Assembly (NCBI GenBank): GCA_963697165.1
Contig: CAVOMX010000011.1
Coordinates: forward strand, 139,524 to 203,523
Source: Candidatus Bathyarchaeota archaeon
GTDB taxonomy: Archaea; Thermoproteota; Bathyarchaeia; Bathyarchaeales; Bathyarchaeaceae
DNA: 64,000 nucleotides
Direction of reading: 5' to 3'
In this document: positions 18,590 to 30,199 of the stretch, in pieces
Layout: every line of letters starts with the position of its first letter
Numbering within the stretch: the stretch's first letter is position 1
Notes under the pieces: model-generated
Databases searched by the model: none
What the model was told of the DNA's origin: nothing
What the model saw: the letters and a program-made list of their open reading frames with translations, nothing else
Translations under genes and position numbers: made by a program

Positions 18590-19288
18590 TTGCTCACGTT
18601 CATATTGTCTGAGGCTGCACTCGAAATGGTTCCAGAAGAGTTATGGAGCCACCCCGCTGTCAGGCGACACTCGAAAAGACAACACAAGCCTCCGCAGCAA
18701 ATTCTTCTGGACAGATCGCTTCATCACTTAGCCATGATGCGCCTAGACAACAACGAGAAGAGAGGACGCCCAGACATAACCCATTTTGCCCTGCTTGAAG
18801 CCCTAGGTTCACCCCTCAACAAAGAAGGACTACTCCAAGTATACGTTCACACCAACAAGGACTATGTCATCAAAATTAATCCTGCGGCTAGGCTGCCCAG
18901 AAACTACAGCCGCTTCATCGGACTCATAGAACAGCTATTCCAGCAAGGAAAGGTCCCAATTGAAGAAGAAACCCTTCTCACGTTGGAGCAAAAAACTTTG
19001 AAGCAGCTCCTCGCCGAAACAAAACCCGACTACGTTATGGCATTCAGCAGAGAAGGCAAACCGAAAACAATTCAAGACGCAGTTTCCACCCTACAAGTAA
19101 AGCAGAGCCCGGCAGTGATTGTCGGCGGGTTTGCCCATGGTCACTTGTCAGAAACTACGGTTCAGTTGGCGGACGAGGTTGTCTGTATGGATTCGGAGAT
19201 GCTTGAAGCGTGGACTATAACTTCGAGGCTAATCTACGAGTATGAACGGTCTTTGTCGTTGCCTACGAAGAGGCTTAACAAGCGTTGA
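18590..19288 (+). CDS. nep1: 16S rRNA pseudouridine N1-methyltransferase Nep1/Emg1
   Basis: LLDRSLHH, RGRPDITH, RLPRNYSRFIGL, VGGFAHG. Confidence 0.93.
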   Translation: MLTFILSEAALEMVPEELWSHPAVRRHSKRQHKPPQQILLDRSLHHLAMMRLDNNEKRGRPDITHFALLEALGSPLNKEGLLQVYVHTNKDYVIKINPAARLPRNYSRFIGLIEQLFQQGKVPIEEETLLTLEQKTLKQLLAETKPDYVMAFSREGKPKTIQDAVSTLQVKQSPAVIVGGFAHGHLSETTVQLADEVVCMDSEMLEAWTITSRLIYEYERSLSLPTKRLNKR

Positions 19289-19526
19289 CTATAGTTTTGT
19301 TAGCAATTGTTTTCTGAAAATCAGTCTGTTCACAATAATAAGCATGATTTTGGTTGTGAAGTTCACACTTCTGAGTTTAATCATGTTCGAACCTCATCGT
19401 AGCGCTGCAGTTGTCAAATAAGTGAATGTCTCTAAACAGCGCCTCAATTAATTTCCTTGTAGCTCACTCTACTTAAGAGTTATTTACCATCCTGCAAGAA
19501 GGCTAAAGCAAATTCTCACAACAAAG

Positions 19527-20420
19527 TTATATAGTTACTAACCAAGTTCCTGCAAACATTAAGACTATTGCAAAAATTTTTAATGTAACCACATTTCTGC
19601 TTATCTCTTCTTTGAGAAGGGTAGGCACAAACAAACTCAGTAAAAGCATGTAAACGAAAACAAAAAAGTGTTGCAAGCCCGACAATGCAGAAACTAAAGA
19701 TACGTAACCCAAAGATGTGGCTATCAACGAAAATATTGTGCCCAGAACGTATGTTCCTTCTCCTAAAAGAGCAACACAAAATGTTCGTTTTCCAAGAAGC
19801 GGAACCGTTTCAACAAATTCTTTGCGTGGCTTACTAAAACATAGCATAAACAGGACGCCAAAACAGGAGCCAATCATCATCCAAAAGAACACTGACCAGT
19901 AGTCCAAGTAGCCAAGGAGATACTTGTTCAAAACAGTGTATACAGCAAGAATTATGCTAAAAGGAATCATCAACTTAAACGCAGAAGACAAAGACTTTCC
20001 ACTCTCAGACTTCCTATATGAAATCAGTATCGAAGTCAGCACTATCAAAGCAACCCCCAAATATTTAGGGACACCAAGAATTTCATCCAGAAACATGACT
20101 GACAAGAAAACAACGAATAGGGGTATAAACTGGAACAGCGGAGTAATCCGGGATATCTCCTCAACCATAAGGGCTTTAGTGTAAAACCAAAAGGCAAACA
20201 ACGGCAATACACCAATAGCCATAGCAAAAAGAACATACGGGAACTCGAAACTAACAGAACTAGTCGCACAAACGATGCTGGCAAAAATCAAATCTACAAA
20301 ATTCAGGTAAACTGCGATAGAAAAATAGCTATGAAACTTTTTGGTCATCAGAAACTTGTTAACAACATTATTCAATCCCCAGAATGCGGGAGACAACAAA
20401 GCAAACACTAGCCAATCCAT
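19527..20420 (-). CDS. EamA/DMT-family transporter
   Basis: About 10 TM helices in two repeats; EEISRITPLFQFIPLF. Confidence 0.85.
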   Translation of the reverse strand: MDWLVFALLSPAFWGLNNVVNKFLMTKKFHSYFSIAVYLNFVDLIFASIVCATSSVSFEFPYVLFAMAIGVLPLFAFWFYTKALMVEEISRITPLFQFIPLFVVFLSVMFLDEILGVPKYLGVALIVLTSILISYRKSESGKSLSSAFKLMIPFSIILAVYTVLNKYLLGYLDYWSVFFWMMIGSCFGVLFMLCFSKPRKEFVETVPLLGKRTFCVALLGEGTYVLGTIFSLIATSLGYVSLVSALSGLQHFFVFVYMLLLSLFVPTLLKEEISRNVVTLKIFAIVLMFAGTWLVTI

Positions 20421-20643
20421 TGTTACACCAAACAAAAACAGTTAACCTACAAAGTTGCAAATAACCTTTCAGAAACCAATAACGCCTTCAAAGATTAGGA
20501 AACAAATTAAGGTGAAAACAAATATTTATAAAAATTGCTAAGGTTTAAAAATTAACTTCCAAACCCAAAAGTTGGTGACGATTAATTAAATACCTGTTTA
20601 AGCATAATATTTGCGAGTGATTTAGTGTAGGTGTGATTTTGAC

Positions 20644-20853
20644 TTGACGAAATGGGAGTATATTGTGCTTGCTTTAAAGACCAAAATTCATATTAGTCGA
20701 TTTGAGAGAGAAAAAAATCCCAGTATACAAAATGTTCAAAAAGAATTGAACGATTTGGGGGAAGAAGGCTGGGAAATGGTGGGTGTTCAAAATATTCGCC
20801 TAGAGACCGGCATGTTGTTTACCGTTGCATACCTTAAGCGAGAAAAAATATAA
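20644..20853 (+). CDS. DUF4177-like small protein
   Basis: KWEY...LNDLGEEGWEMV...YLKRE. Confidence 0.8.
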   Translation: MTKWEYIVLALKTKIHISRFEREKNPSIQNVQKELNDLGEEGWEMVGVQNIRLETGMLFTVAYLKREKI

Positions 20854-21153
20854 TTCACAATATTTGCCGTCATCAGCATAATTTTATAGACAGTATCGAT
20901 GGTCTTTGGTTTTTTATTTTACCAAGAAAACTTGCAGCAAAATAGTCTAACCAGCATTGTTGCTCTAAATTGCGTCAAGATTCCACATATGGTTCCCTGT
21001 CCAAAAGAGGGATATTATGCATCTGGAAAAACACCAGATTTAGAGACTATTAATTGTTGACTTCAATAGTTTTCGGCATCACAACCAAGCAAGGTTCCAA
21101 AAAAAATTCAGGAATGCCCGCCTCACAAGCAGGCAACTAATTGTTCACAAACT

Positions 21154-22044
21154 CTACTGGATTAGAGTCCCCTCTTTCGGGTCCTTTGTTGCCTTTTCGA
21201 ACTCCTGCATAATCCGTTTCGTCACTGGACCAGGCTTACCTGAACCGATCACACGCTTGTTTACTTCTCGTATTGGCGCAACTTCTGCAGCAGTTCCAGT
21301 GAAAAAGACCTCATCAGCAGTGAACAATTCGTTGGGAGTGATGTTTCTCTCTGTAACTTCGATTCCCAGCTTCTTTGCCAACCGGATAATCAGTGCCCTA
21401 GTTATTCCATCTAACGCACCTGAAGATAATGGAGGCGTGTAGAGTTTGCAGTCATGCACTATGAAGATGTTTTCGCCGACGCCCTCGCAAACGTAACCTG
21501 TTTTGTCTAGGCAGATGGCTTCGTCCGCGCCGATGTTGTTTGCTTCGATTTTACCTAATATACTGTTTAGGTAGTTTAGGGACTTCATTTCGTGAGTTGC
21601 ACTATCCACTGGGTTGCGTTTCACCCAAGTTATGATAGTGTGTATTCCATTTTCGACCTTCTCAGCGGAGTGCAATTGAAGTAGCGGCTCAGTGATTATG
21701 ATTATTGTGGCTTTGGGGCATTTTCTGGGGTCAAGTCCCAAGTCTCCGACACCTCTTGTTACTACTAGGCGGATGTAAGCGTTTGTTAGATTGTTCTTTT
21801 TTAGGGCCTCAAGCACGGCTTCTGTAAGCTGCTCTTTGGTTAGGGGTATCTTCAGAAATATTGGATGAGCAGACGTGTAGAGCCTGTCTATGTGCTCTTT
21901 TAGGTGAAATACTATGCCGTTGTAGGCTCGTATTCCTTCAAAGACTCCGTCTCCGTAAAGGAGTCCATGGTCATACACAGAGATTTTAGCCTCAGATTTA
22001 GGATAAAACTTGCCATCGATGTAAACTAGAAGTTCTTTTGTCAT
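21154..22044 (-). CDS. ilvE: Branched-chain amino acid aminotransferase
   Basis: DHGLLYGDGVFEGIRAY, KSLNY, GITR, TGTAAE. Confidence 0.95.
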   Translation of the reverse strand: MTKELLVYIDGKFYPKSEAKISVYDHGLLYGDGVFEGIRAYNGIVFHLKEHIDRLYTSAHPIFLKIPLTKEQLTEAVLEALKKNNLTNAYIRLVVTRGVGDLGLDPRKCPKATIIIITEPLLQLHSAEKVENGIHTIITWVKRNPVDSATHEMKSLNYLNSILGKIEANNIGADEAICLDKTGYVCEGVGENIFIVHDCKLYTPPLSSGALDGITRALIIRLAKKLGIEVTERNITPNELFTADEVFFTGTAAEVAPIREVNKRVIGSGKPGPVTKRIMQEFEKATKDPKEGTLIQ

Positions 22045-22212
22045 ACCAAACTCTCCTTCGAAAGGAAAACTTCATCCATAAACTATCTACTGCATATTTA
22101 AATTTTGACTTTTACGGTATCCCTAACACTTTATTACAATTTACCCATCGTCATGTAAGGGGTAACTGGAATATTCTACGAACCAGTCGCCCATTGATTA
22201 CAAAAACATGTG

Positions 22213-24085
22213 TTAGAATGCAAATTGTGGTCGTTTTGGAAAGCAATTTTGGCAAAGTTAGTGGCTTGAAGGGTTTATCTGCTGTTTTTTCGGCTATTTC
22301 GGCTATTAGTTCTTGGAGTTTCATGTTTCTCATCTGTTTTCCAGCGTTCCTGTCTCTGACGGGCAAAACGTCTCGAGTTTACTTCGTTCTCGCCAATAAC
22401 CAAAACGTAGTTTACCCACTCTTTCTCGGCTGCTCTAACCTTCTTTCCTAAGCTCAGGGAGCGATCATCTACGTCAACACGTATATTGTTGCTTTCGATC
22501 TGTTTCACCAGTTTTTCAGCGTCACCCAAGAACTTCTCAGACACAGGAACAATTCTCACCTGAGTAGGGGCCAACCACAGGGGAAGTATCGGAACTTTAC
22601 CTTTCAATGATTCTCTGTGAGCCTTCTCTAGCAGGGCATACACGTCTCGTTCGATGGCGCCGCTTGGAGAACAATGAAGAACCAGAGGATACTGTTTTTC
22701 GCCGTTTTCGTCAACGTATGTCATGTCGTAGTGTTTGGCGTTCTCTATGTCAATCTGGTCGGTAGAGAGTGCAGAAGCTTTGTTTAGGTTATCAACAAAA
22801 TTGAATTCCCACTTCAAAACAAAATAGAAGAACCGTTCCTCCCACATCTCCACCAGAACAGGCTTGTTAAACAACTTCACCATCGAGAGAACAAAATCTT
22901 TGTTCTCCGAGTAGAAGTCCTTCGTTAAACGTATAGCCAACTCGTAATCGTTATCTTTGCTTAGCTCTAAACCGTTCTCCAAAATTCCCATAGAAAGCTT
23001 GAACCTGACCAAAAACTCTTCTTTAGCCTGATCCAAATCTGCAACCAGAGCGTGACAGTCAGGCATTGTGAAGCATCTGAGTCTTCGTAATCCAGTTAAT
23101 TCGCCGCTCTTCTCCCTTCTAAAAGAGTACTTAGTCAACTCGTAGATACGCAAAGGAAGCTGCCGATAAGAAAACTGTGCATCATGAACCATCAAAAACT
23201 GACCAAAACAGGCACTGAACCTCAAAAAGAAGTCCCGTTTATCAGAACACAGTATATACTGTCGGGCAGGAAACCGTTGCAGATAATGTGCTATGGCTGG
23301 ATGTTGAATGTCATACATGATTGGAGTTTCAACTTCCATTCCGCCATAATCTATCACCTTTTCTGTCACGTATTGCTCAATCAACGATTTAATCAAACGT
23401 CCCTTAGGATACCATCGGAGGTTGCCGGGGTCGCTTCCAGGCTCATAATCGGCAATCTCTAAACGTTTCATCAGTGGGACATGAGGCGGAACCTGCTGGA
23501 CAGCCCTAACCTTCTTGATTTCGTAATTGGCTAGCTTCTCCAAGTTTTTGTGGTCTTTAAAATGGAATTTGTCTACTGGAATCAGTTCTCCGTCGAGGCT
23601 GCAGAATATACCAGAAAGACCTGAGTTTCTCCTCTGCCTTCAAAGCTTCGCATACATCCTCTTTCTCAGCCGAATCAGAAGTAACGATTCTGAGGTGCTC
23701 AGCTAGAGGATGCCCCTTAATGGAGATGGAGAATTTTTTGCACCAACCAAAAGGAGTACAATAGGTTTCTAGTCCCAGCTCATTTGGCAATACTCTTCAT
23801 TTCGTTTAGAACGTTCAGGGCATCAGATGGCTTCGCCAAGTTGTTGCTTAGATGAGCGTAAGGGTAAATCAGAACCCTGTTAACTTTCAGTTGGTCTAAG
23901 GAGGCTTTGGTGTTTTCCATCGCTTTTCTTGCAACGTTTGCGTCGTCTCCCTCTTCGACTGCAATGAATAGTACGGCGAGTTCTTCGAGGCGATCCTTCT
24001 TTTTTTCTGGTTCCTCAGCTAATGCTATCTCCTTTTCGATAACCTCGTATTCTATGAAGTTTGAATGTAACTGGAGAATTCTCAA
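22213..24085 (-). CDS. thrS: Archaeal threonyl-tRNA synthetase with N-terminal editing domain; four frameshifts
   Basis: [44 protein letters not shown]; pieces join on removing single bases near 23785, 23595, 22370 and 22235. Confidence 0.93.
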
Positions 24086-24164
24086 TCTGTCCAGCCAGCT
24101 TTAGAGTTAATTATTGCAGAAATCAGTGAATAGGCAGAACAGGAATTGAGGTTTAGTTTTTGCA

Positions 24165-24371
24165 TCAGCCTTTGTGCCTCCATTGCTCAAGCAACTTGTC
24201 CTTTTTGCTGCCCTTCTTGTATTCTTTGTAGTGGTCTCTACATAGGTAGGAGCGTCTAGCCCCATCAACTTTCAATCCCGCTGCGCTCACCTTATCTCTG
24301 GGGAGAGAACGAATTGAATCTTTATCGCAGCCTGCTACGCTGCATTTTACGCCCTTTGCTACCCGACCCAA
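24165..24371 (-). CDS. Small basic zinc-binding protein
   Basis: MGRVAKGVKCSVAGC...YLCRDHYKEYKK. Confidence 0.75.
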   Translation of the reverse strand: MGRVAKGVKCSVAGCDKDSIRSLPRDKVSAAGLKVDGARRSYLCRDHYKEYKKGSKKDKLLEQWRHKG

Positions 24372-24732
24372 AGCAAACCACCAATCCTTCACGTTAACAG
24401 TCAATTAAGTGTAGAAACCATACTAAAATGTCTTACCAAAAAGTCCAATACTTAAAGCAGTTTTTGCCATAACCGTGAACCATAATAGGCAAGCAATTTT
24501 TAGTACAAGTGTTCAAAACTCTAGTAATTACCTGAAATCGGCATGTGTTAGCGTACGAAGCCTTTAGATGTTTTATGTTTCTTACATTGTTGCACAAAAA
24601 AATCTTACATCTAAAAAAAGCGGTGGGTTCAGTTAAGTGTGTCTGGATAAGGAGGTAACCTAAAGTCTGCGGTGCACGTGTGCAACAACAAACTAAATTG
24701 TGGGAGTACTCATCTAACTGGTGTAGCTCAGT

Positions 24733-24819
24733 CTATTTCGGGCGGTTTTCTTTTCGCTTTTTTTTCTTTTCCTCTCGTTCTTTCTTGGTCAGTGGCTTCT
24801 TCTTAGAGCTTTTTCCCAT
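24733..24819 (-). CDS. 28-aa highly basic peptide (not in the ORF track)
   Basis: MGKSSKKKPLTKKEREEKKKKRKENRPK*; GGTGA SD-like motif and an in-frame TTG at 24825. Confidence 0.5.
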   Translation of the reverse strand: MGKSSKKKPLTKKEREEKKKKRKENRPK

Positions 24820-25276
24820 ACCCAATTCAATCACCATATATTGAAGTGTTCGGAGTGGAAAATAAAATTTTGGATCGTGTTCACGCATTCTATCGTTTGA
24901 ATGTTTAATAAATTAATAACTGACAAATAGTAACCATTGGAAGCAAGTTGAGGAAGTAGTTTTATGGGCTGTTGAGAGAGTTTGTAGAAACTGTCTTCAC
25001 TTAAAGAGTCAGAGAGGTAAAACCATATTGCTCTATTGTTAAGCAGATGACCTCCGAGAACAATATTTGCAGAAAGTTTAAGTCCAAACAGGATTAGAGC
25101 ATAGTTGAGGCGCGTAATTATCCCAAAATCCATCAATACATCATGACAAAGCACGCGCGTGCAAGACGTTTGTCATAGAGATAGGGTCTCGTCTTGATCC
25201 TTTGTTCTGACTTAACAAGAGGCTTTAAAAGTGCAACCATTCATCACTAACAGCACAAGCAACGGAGAATCTAAAA

Positions 25277-25573
25277 ATGAGCAATAAATCTAACGACTCG
25301 AAAATAATATTTGTAGGAAGAAAACTACCCATGGATTATGTGTTAGCTATCGTAACTGCTTTCAGCGGATCCGACGTAAAAGAGGCTACCGTGAAGGCAA
25401 GAGGACGATCAATAACAACAGCTGTCGACGCCGTCGAAATAGCTCGACGTAAATTCGTCAAAGAAATGATAGTAGACAAAGTAGTCATCGGAACCGAAGA
25501 GATGCCGCCAAGGGAAGGAGAAAGCAACTCGAGAAATATTTCAACAATCGAAATCACCTTAAAACGAAGTTAG
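25277..25573 (+). CDS. albA: DNA/RNA-binding protein Alba
   Basis: IFVGRKLPMDYV, KARGRSITTAVD, ISTIEITL. Confidence 0.93.
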   Translation: MSNKSNDSKIIFVGRKLPMDYVLAIVTAFSGSDVKEATVKARGRSITTAVDAVEIARRKFVKEMIVDKVVIGTEEMPPREGESNSRNISTIEITLKRS

Positions 25574-25775
25574 CCCACAACATCATCAGCAAAGTTTCTA
25601 CAACATGATGATCCTTCGCCCTCTTTCTAAAGGGTAGAATCTGAGGCTAATCTACGATTTTAATATTCAAGATGTCGCGCGCGCCACTAATGTGTGCAAA
25701 AAAACGTAAGGTATATGAACCGAGTCTGGTGATACTTAATAACCCCCGTTTAATTTACAATAATGAGGAAAAAAC

Positions 25776-26069
25776 ATGCCAGTCAAACGAAAATCCAGAG
25801 GCAGAGCAAAAGGAAGCAAAGGAAAAGGCTCATTGGTTCAGTGCCAAGGTTGCGGTCAGCAAGTGCCCCGCGACAAAGCCAAACGAGTATCACGAAGAAT
25901 CTCACTAGTCGACTCGCTCCTCTACAAGGAACTCCGCCAACAAGGCACATATATTTCCAGCAGCACCGAAACAAAACACTACTGTGTTTCATGTGCAATA
26001 CATCGTGGCGTAGTAAAGGTACGCTCTAAAAACGATCGAAGACAAGGTCCTCCTCCAAGAAGAAGGTAA
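25776..26069 (+). CDS. rps26e: Ribosomal protein eS26
   Basis: MPVKRKSRGR, CQGCG..VPRDKAK, YCVSCAIHRGVVKVRS. Confidence 0.96.
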   Translation: MPVKRKSRGRAKGSKGKGSLVQCQGCGQQVPRDKAKRVSRRISLVDSLLYKELRQQGTYISSSTETKHYCVSCAIHRGVVKVRSKNDRRQGPPPRRR

Positions 26070-26108
26070 ACTTTAAACAAAAACAATCTTTTCCTTTTCT
26101 GGTCATCG

Positions 26109-26694
26109 CTACGCCTTTTGGAAATAGATTGCCCGCTGAACTACCGTCAAGTTTGTTAGGATAGCAAGAAATAGGATGCTCCAGTTTAAAGCATCAATCC
26201 AGAAGTAACTAAGAAAACTTGCGAACACCACTAACACTATCCGTTCTGCCCGTTCAGCTATACCCACTGATTCCATTTTTACTCCCGCCGCTTCTGCTCT
26301 TGCCCGAACGTAACTGACAAGCAGGGAACCCATGAGCGCGGCTAGTCCCCATGTAAGATTGGTTAATCCGCCAAGTATGATTCCGCAGAGAACAATAGCG
26401 TCAGCATACCTGTCAAGAAGAGAATCAAAGAATCCGCCAAATTTTGTGGCTTCTCCGTAAATTCTAGCTATAACTCCATCTAAAGCATCAAATAATCCAG
26501 AGATGAGCAACAAAACAGGCGCTAACATCAGGAGAAGAGTGATTAAAATGCCATTGTGAATAAGCGACAGCAGCGAGTGCAGCAAAAATTATTCCCAAGA
26601 TGCTTACATGATTTGGAGTTAAACCTAAGTTATGAAACAGCGTAGCTGTAGATGTCAACCATGTTTGGACTCGTTGTTTAAGTTTCGTCAGCAA
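26109..26694 (-). CDS. pgsA: CDP-alcohol phosphatidyltransferase (archaetidylinositol phosphate synthase-like); frameshift near 26545
   Basis: LTPNHVS, DALDGVIAR...GGFFDSLLDRYAD, SYVRARAE, ERAER. Confidence 0.88.
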
Positions 26695-26807
26695 TGTTTA
26701 GTCTCCCATGACTTAGGTTCTACACATTAACAGATACTGGAATAACATTAACGACTCTTGTTTTCTTAGCAATTGTGGTTACAACAGATTAAACAGCTTT
26801 GTTAAGG

Positions 26808-28249
26808 CTAGTAAGCCAAAGCAACTCTTACAAGATTTATTGCTTGTTCTCCGCAGACAACACATTTCCCATCTACTTTTTCTGTGGTGTCTTCGGGAAA
26901 TCCTAGCAGCCGTGCCTCAACAGTTTCCTCTAGGCGGTGACCGCACTCGTCTTTGCCGCACCATTGAACCTCAACGATACCCGCCTTACGTTTCAGCAAA
27001 CTTTTTGCCTCAGATAAACGGTTAACCCTGTAAACTCGTTCTCTCATCCAAGATTCAGCGTTTGCCTTCAGGTCATGGGTAATCTCTTCCGCTAACGCTT
27101 GCACAGCCGCTGTTGCATCTTCCATTTTGCATGCTTGCTTTTGTAGAGTGTCCCGCCTAACAATAGTTACCACCCCATTTGATAAGTCTCGGGGACCAAT
27201 ATCGACACGGATAGGCACACCCCGAAGCTCCCAATAATAGAACTTGTTTCCGGGAGTCAACTCGCTCCGCAAATCCAACTCAACCCGATACCCCGCGTTC
27301 TTCAAGGTAGCGGCAACATCCGCGCAGGCTTGGTTCACCTCTTGTTCTTTTCCCTTGTATGGAACTGGAACAACAGCTACCTGTATGGGCGCTATTTCTG
27401 GAGGCAAAACAATACCGTTGTCGTCTCCGTGGGCAATCAGAACAGCTGCAATTCCTCTTCCAGAAATCCCGTAACTGGTCGTCCAGATGTGTTCTTGACC
27501 GCCATCCTTAGTCTCGTAAGTTATGTCAAAAGCTTTGGCGAAGTTTTGTCCAAGATTATGCACAGTTCCTATCTGAAGAGCTCTGCCGTCTGGACACAAC
27601 AAATCAAAAGCTATCGTGTAAAGTGCTCCAGCAAACTTGTCCCATTCTGGTCTTCGGGAAACAACGTAGGGAACGCCAACCGAATCAAAGAACTGCTTGT
27701 AGAGTCCAACAGCCTCTTGTACCTGCTGTTTCGGCTTCTTCACCGGATGCGTGGCAGGTGTGGGCTTCCTTGAAAGTGGAAACTTCACGCATTCTTATGA
27801 TTGGACGGGTCGCCTTGGTTTCGTGACGAAAAACGTTTACAACCTGATACATTTTCATGGGCAAGTCTGCATGGGAACGAATCCAAAGCTTTAGCATAGG
27901 AGCTATAACAGTCTCGCTTGTGGGACGCAGAGCATACCTAACTTTTAGGGGCTCGTAGCCGCCATGGGTTACCCAGAAACATTCACCCTCGAAGCTCTTA
28001 ACGTGGGCAGCCTCTTGTGCTAAAGAAGTTTCTGGAATCAATAGTGGAAACAGGGTCTCATCATGTCCGGTGTTATCCAATAAATCACGTATTATCTGGA
28101 GAACATTTCTTCGTATCTTAAAGCCGTAGGGCATCCAAACTCCAGAGCCCTTGATGGGATATCGGTAATCCATTATTCCCGCAGTTTATTAGCACATCGC
28201 GGAACCATTCACCGAAGTCTTCGCTCCATTTCTGTCTCTTAACAGGCAA
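26808..28249 (-). CDS. proS: Archaeal/eukaryal-type prolyl-tRNA synthetase; two frameshifts
   Basis: [40 protein letters not shown]-terminal LAY. Confidence 0.94.
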
Positions 28250-28326
28250 ACTTGTGCACCTTCAAACGTATTGCTGTATGGATGACTCTCTAATTAAAAA
28301 CTGTAGGATATTAGTTTATCACTCGT

Positions 28327-30199
28327 CTACCATGCAGAGATTTTGGTTGCAGCCCACGAGATATCCAGCTCCGCCAGCTTGCTCTGTTTCGGAACACCCT
28401 GCTCAGTCCAACCCATCATATCATAGTAAAGAATCTTTGCCTTCTGCAAATCTTCAGGATTCACCGACGTTTCACTTAAGGCGCCCGATGTTTTGGGTTT
28501 AAAGAATCTGGGTGGAAGCCAATCGTCCTTTTCTGTGAAGCCTTCTCTGATGTTGAAGATTCTTGCAAGCGTGTTTCCTCTTTCCACAACTTTCATCAAC
28601 TCAAAAGCTGTTGTGTTCCAGCCAGTAACGGAACGCACAATCTCAACCTTCTGTACGACACTCCAAGGAGTAAACAGGCACGTAACCAGAAAGTTGTTGA
28701 GGGTACGCCAATCGCCAACAATCTTGTATAGCCTTACTTTTTTGGGTCCAAAATCCTCGACGGGCACCGCCTCCAAGACTCCAAGACTATTGTAGCTTTT
28801 GGGAAGCTGAGGATACAAGAAAGTATCATGGATGTTGTGAACGTGATCTGCTCCTGTAGGAGACACTGCGTACCCTAATGCCTCACCTCTTTTCAGTCGG
28901 GGGTCATGCATTGGAACTTCCTGGCCCTTAACGTGAACCGCAAACTCTTCGGCGCCATTTCCGATACTTTCAGCAGCACGTTTTGTGCCCTCAGCCAACA
29001 ATGCGCCGATGCCACGTTTTTCGCCGATCATCTCAACCATTTTAAGCATGGATTCTGCATTTCCGAAACTCAGGTCAAGGCCGCCTGTATCAGCTTTTGT
29101 GAGTAAGCCATGCTCGAAGCATTCCATGGCGAAACTGATTGTAACGCCTGTGCTTATGGTGTCTATTGAGTATCTTTGGCACAGTTCGTTTGCCTTGCAG
29201 ACTGCCTTGAGGTCAGATACTCCACAGTTGGAACCCAAAGAGGCTAAGGTCTCATATTCGGGTCCGCCATACTCTGGGTCTACAATCCAAGGCTCAGTTA
29301 CTTTGACCTCTTTTTTGCAGGCAACAACACAAGCAAAACAGGTTCCCATGCCAACGCCAATAGTATTCTTCACTGCTTCAGCCGAAATATTGTCCACTTC
29401 TGGAAAGTCGCCGTCTCTGAAGTTACGAATCGGAAGATTACCCACCTCTGCACCAACATCCATTTCAACGCCTGTTCCGTAAGTGTGCAAAACGCGGGCA
29501 ATACTGTCAACGTTCTGTGCCATCCACGTGGCAAGTTTTCTGAGCCGTTTTGGTTTACGAACTGGAACGTTTGTTGCTTCCTTTAACTGCAACTAGCTTT
29601 AAGGTTTTTTGAGCCCATAACTGCTCCCATGCCACCTCGACCAGCCGCATGATTCAAGGTCATTAATAACACACGCATACCGTACCTGTTTTTCTCCGCC
29701 TGGACCAATCTGAGCCACTTTAACTGTTTTATCGTCTAATTCGTTTCGAATTGTTTCTTGAGATTTCTTGATTTCAAGCCCCCACAGATGGGAAGCGTCT
29801 CTAAGCTCCACTTTTTGGTCGCTGAATCCACAGATACACGGGACTTGATGCTTTACCTTCAACAATTATTGCATCGAATCCTGCTCGTTTTAGTTCTGCT
29901 CCCCAGAATCCTCCTGCTTCGGCTTCCCCGTATGCACCTGTGAGGGGAGATTTGGCACCTACACTGTTACGTCCACTGCCACTGAAGGGCGCACCAGTTA
30001 CGGGACCACAGGCGAAAATTAACTTGTTTTCTGGACTAAGCGGATTTGTTTTTGGCTCCAGTTCATTGAGTAGATAATAAGAGATTAGTCCTCTGCCTCC
30101 GAAATAGCGACGATATAATGTTTCTTCTAGAGTCTCAAACGAGATTTTTTCTGTTGTCAGGTTGATTCGTAAGATTTTGCCTGTAAAACTGTTTTGCAT
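28327..30199 (-). CDS. aor: Tungsten-type aldehyde:ferredoxin oxidoreductase; frameshifts near 29825 and 29580-29650
   Basis: GKILRINLT, KSPLTG, GFDAIIVEG, IGPGGE, CFACVVAC, GPEYET, DTIS, HDPR. Confidence 0.9.

Noticed and set aside
20854..21150. Short ORF or ncRNA between the DUF4177-like gene and ilvE
   Set aside because: No recognisable motif, SD or stable structure.
24831..25154. 107-aa minus-strand ORF
   Set aside because: No recognisable motif, AT-rich, and it overlaps the putative upstream region of the basic peptide.
22213..28249. thrS and proS as pseudogenes or programmed frameshifts
   Set aside because: These are essential genes with intact motifs, no in-frame stops once single bases are removed and no common shift signal; assembly error is simpler.
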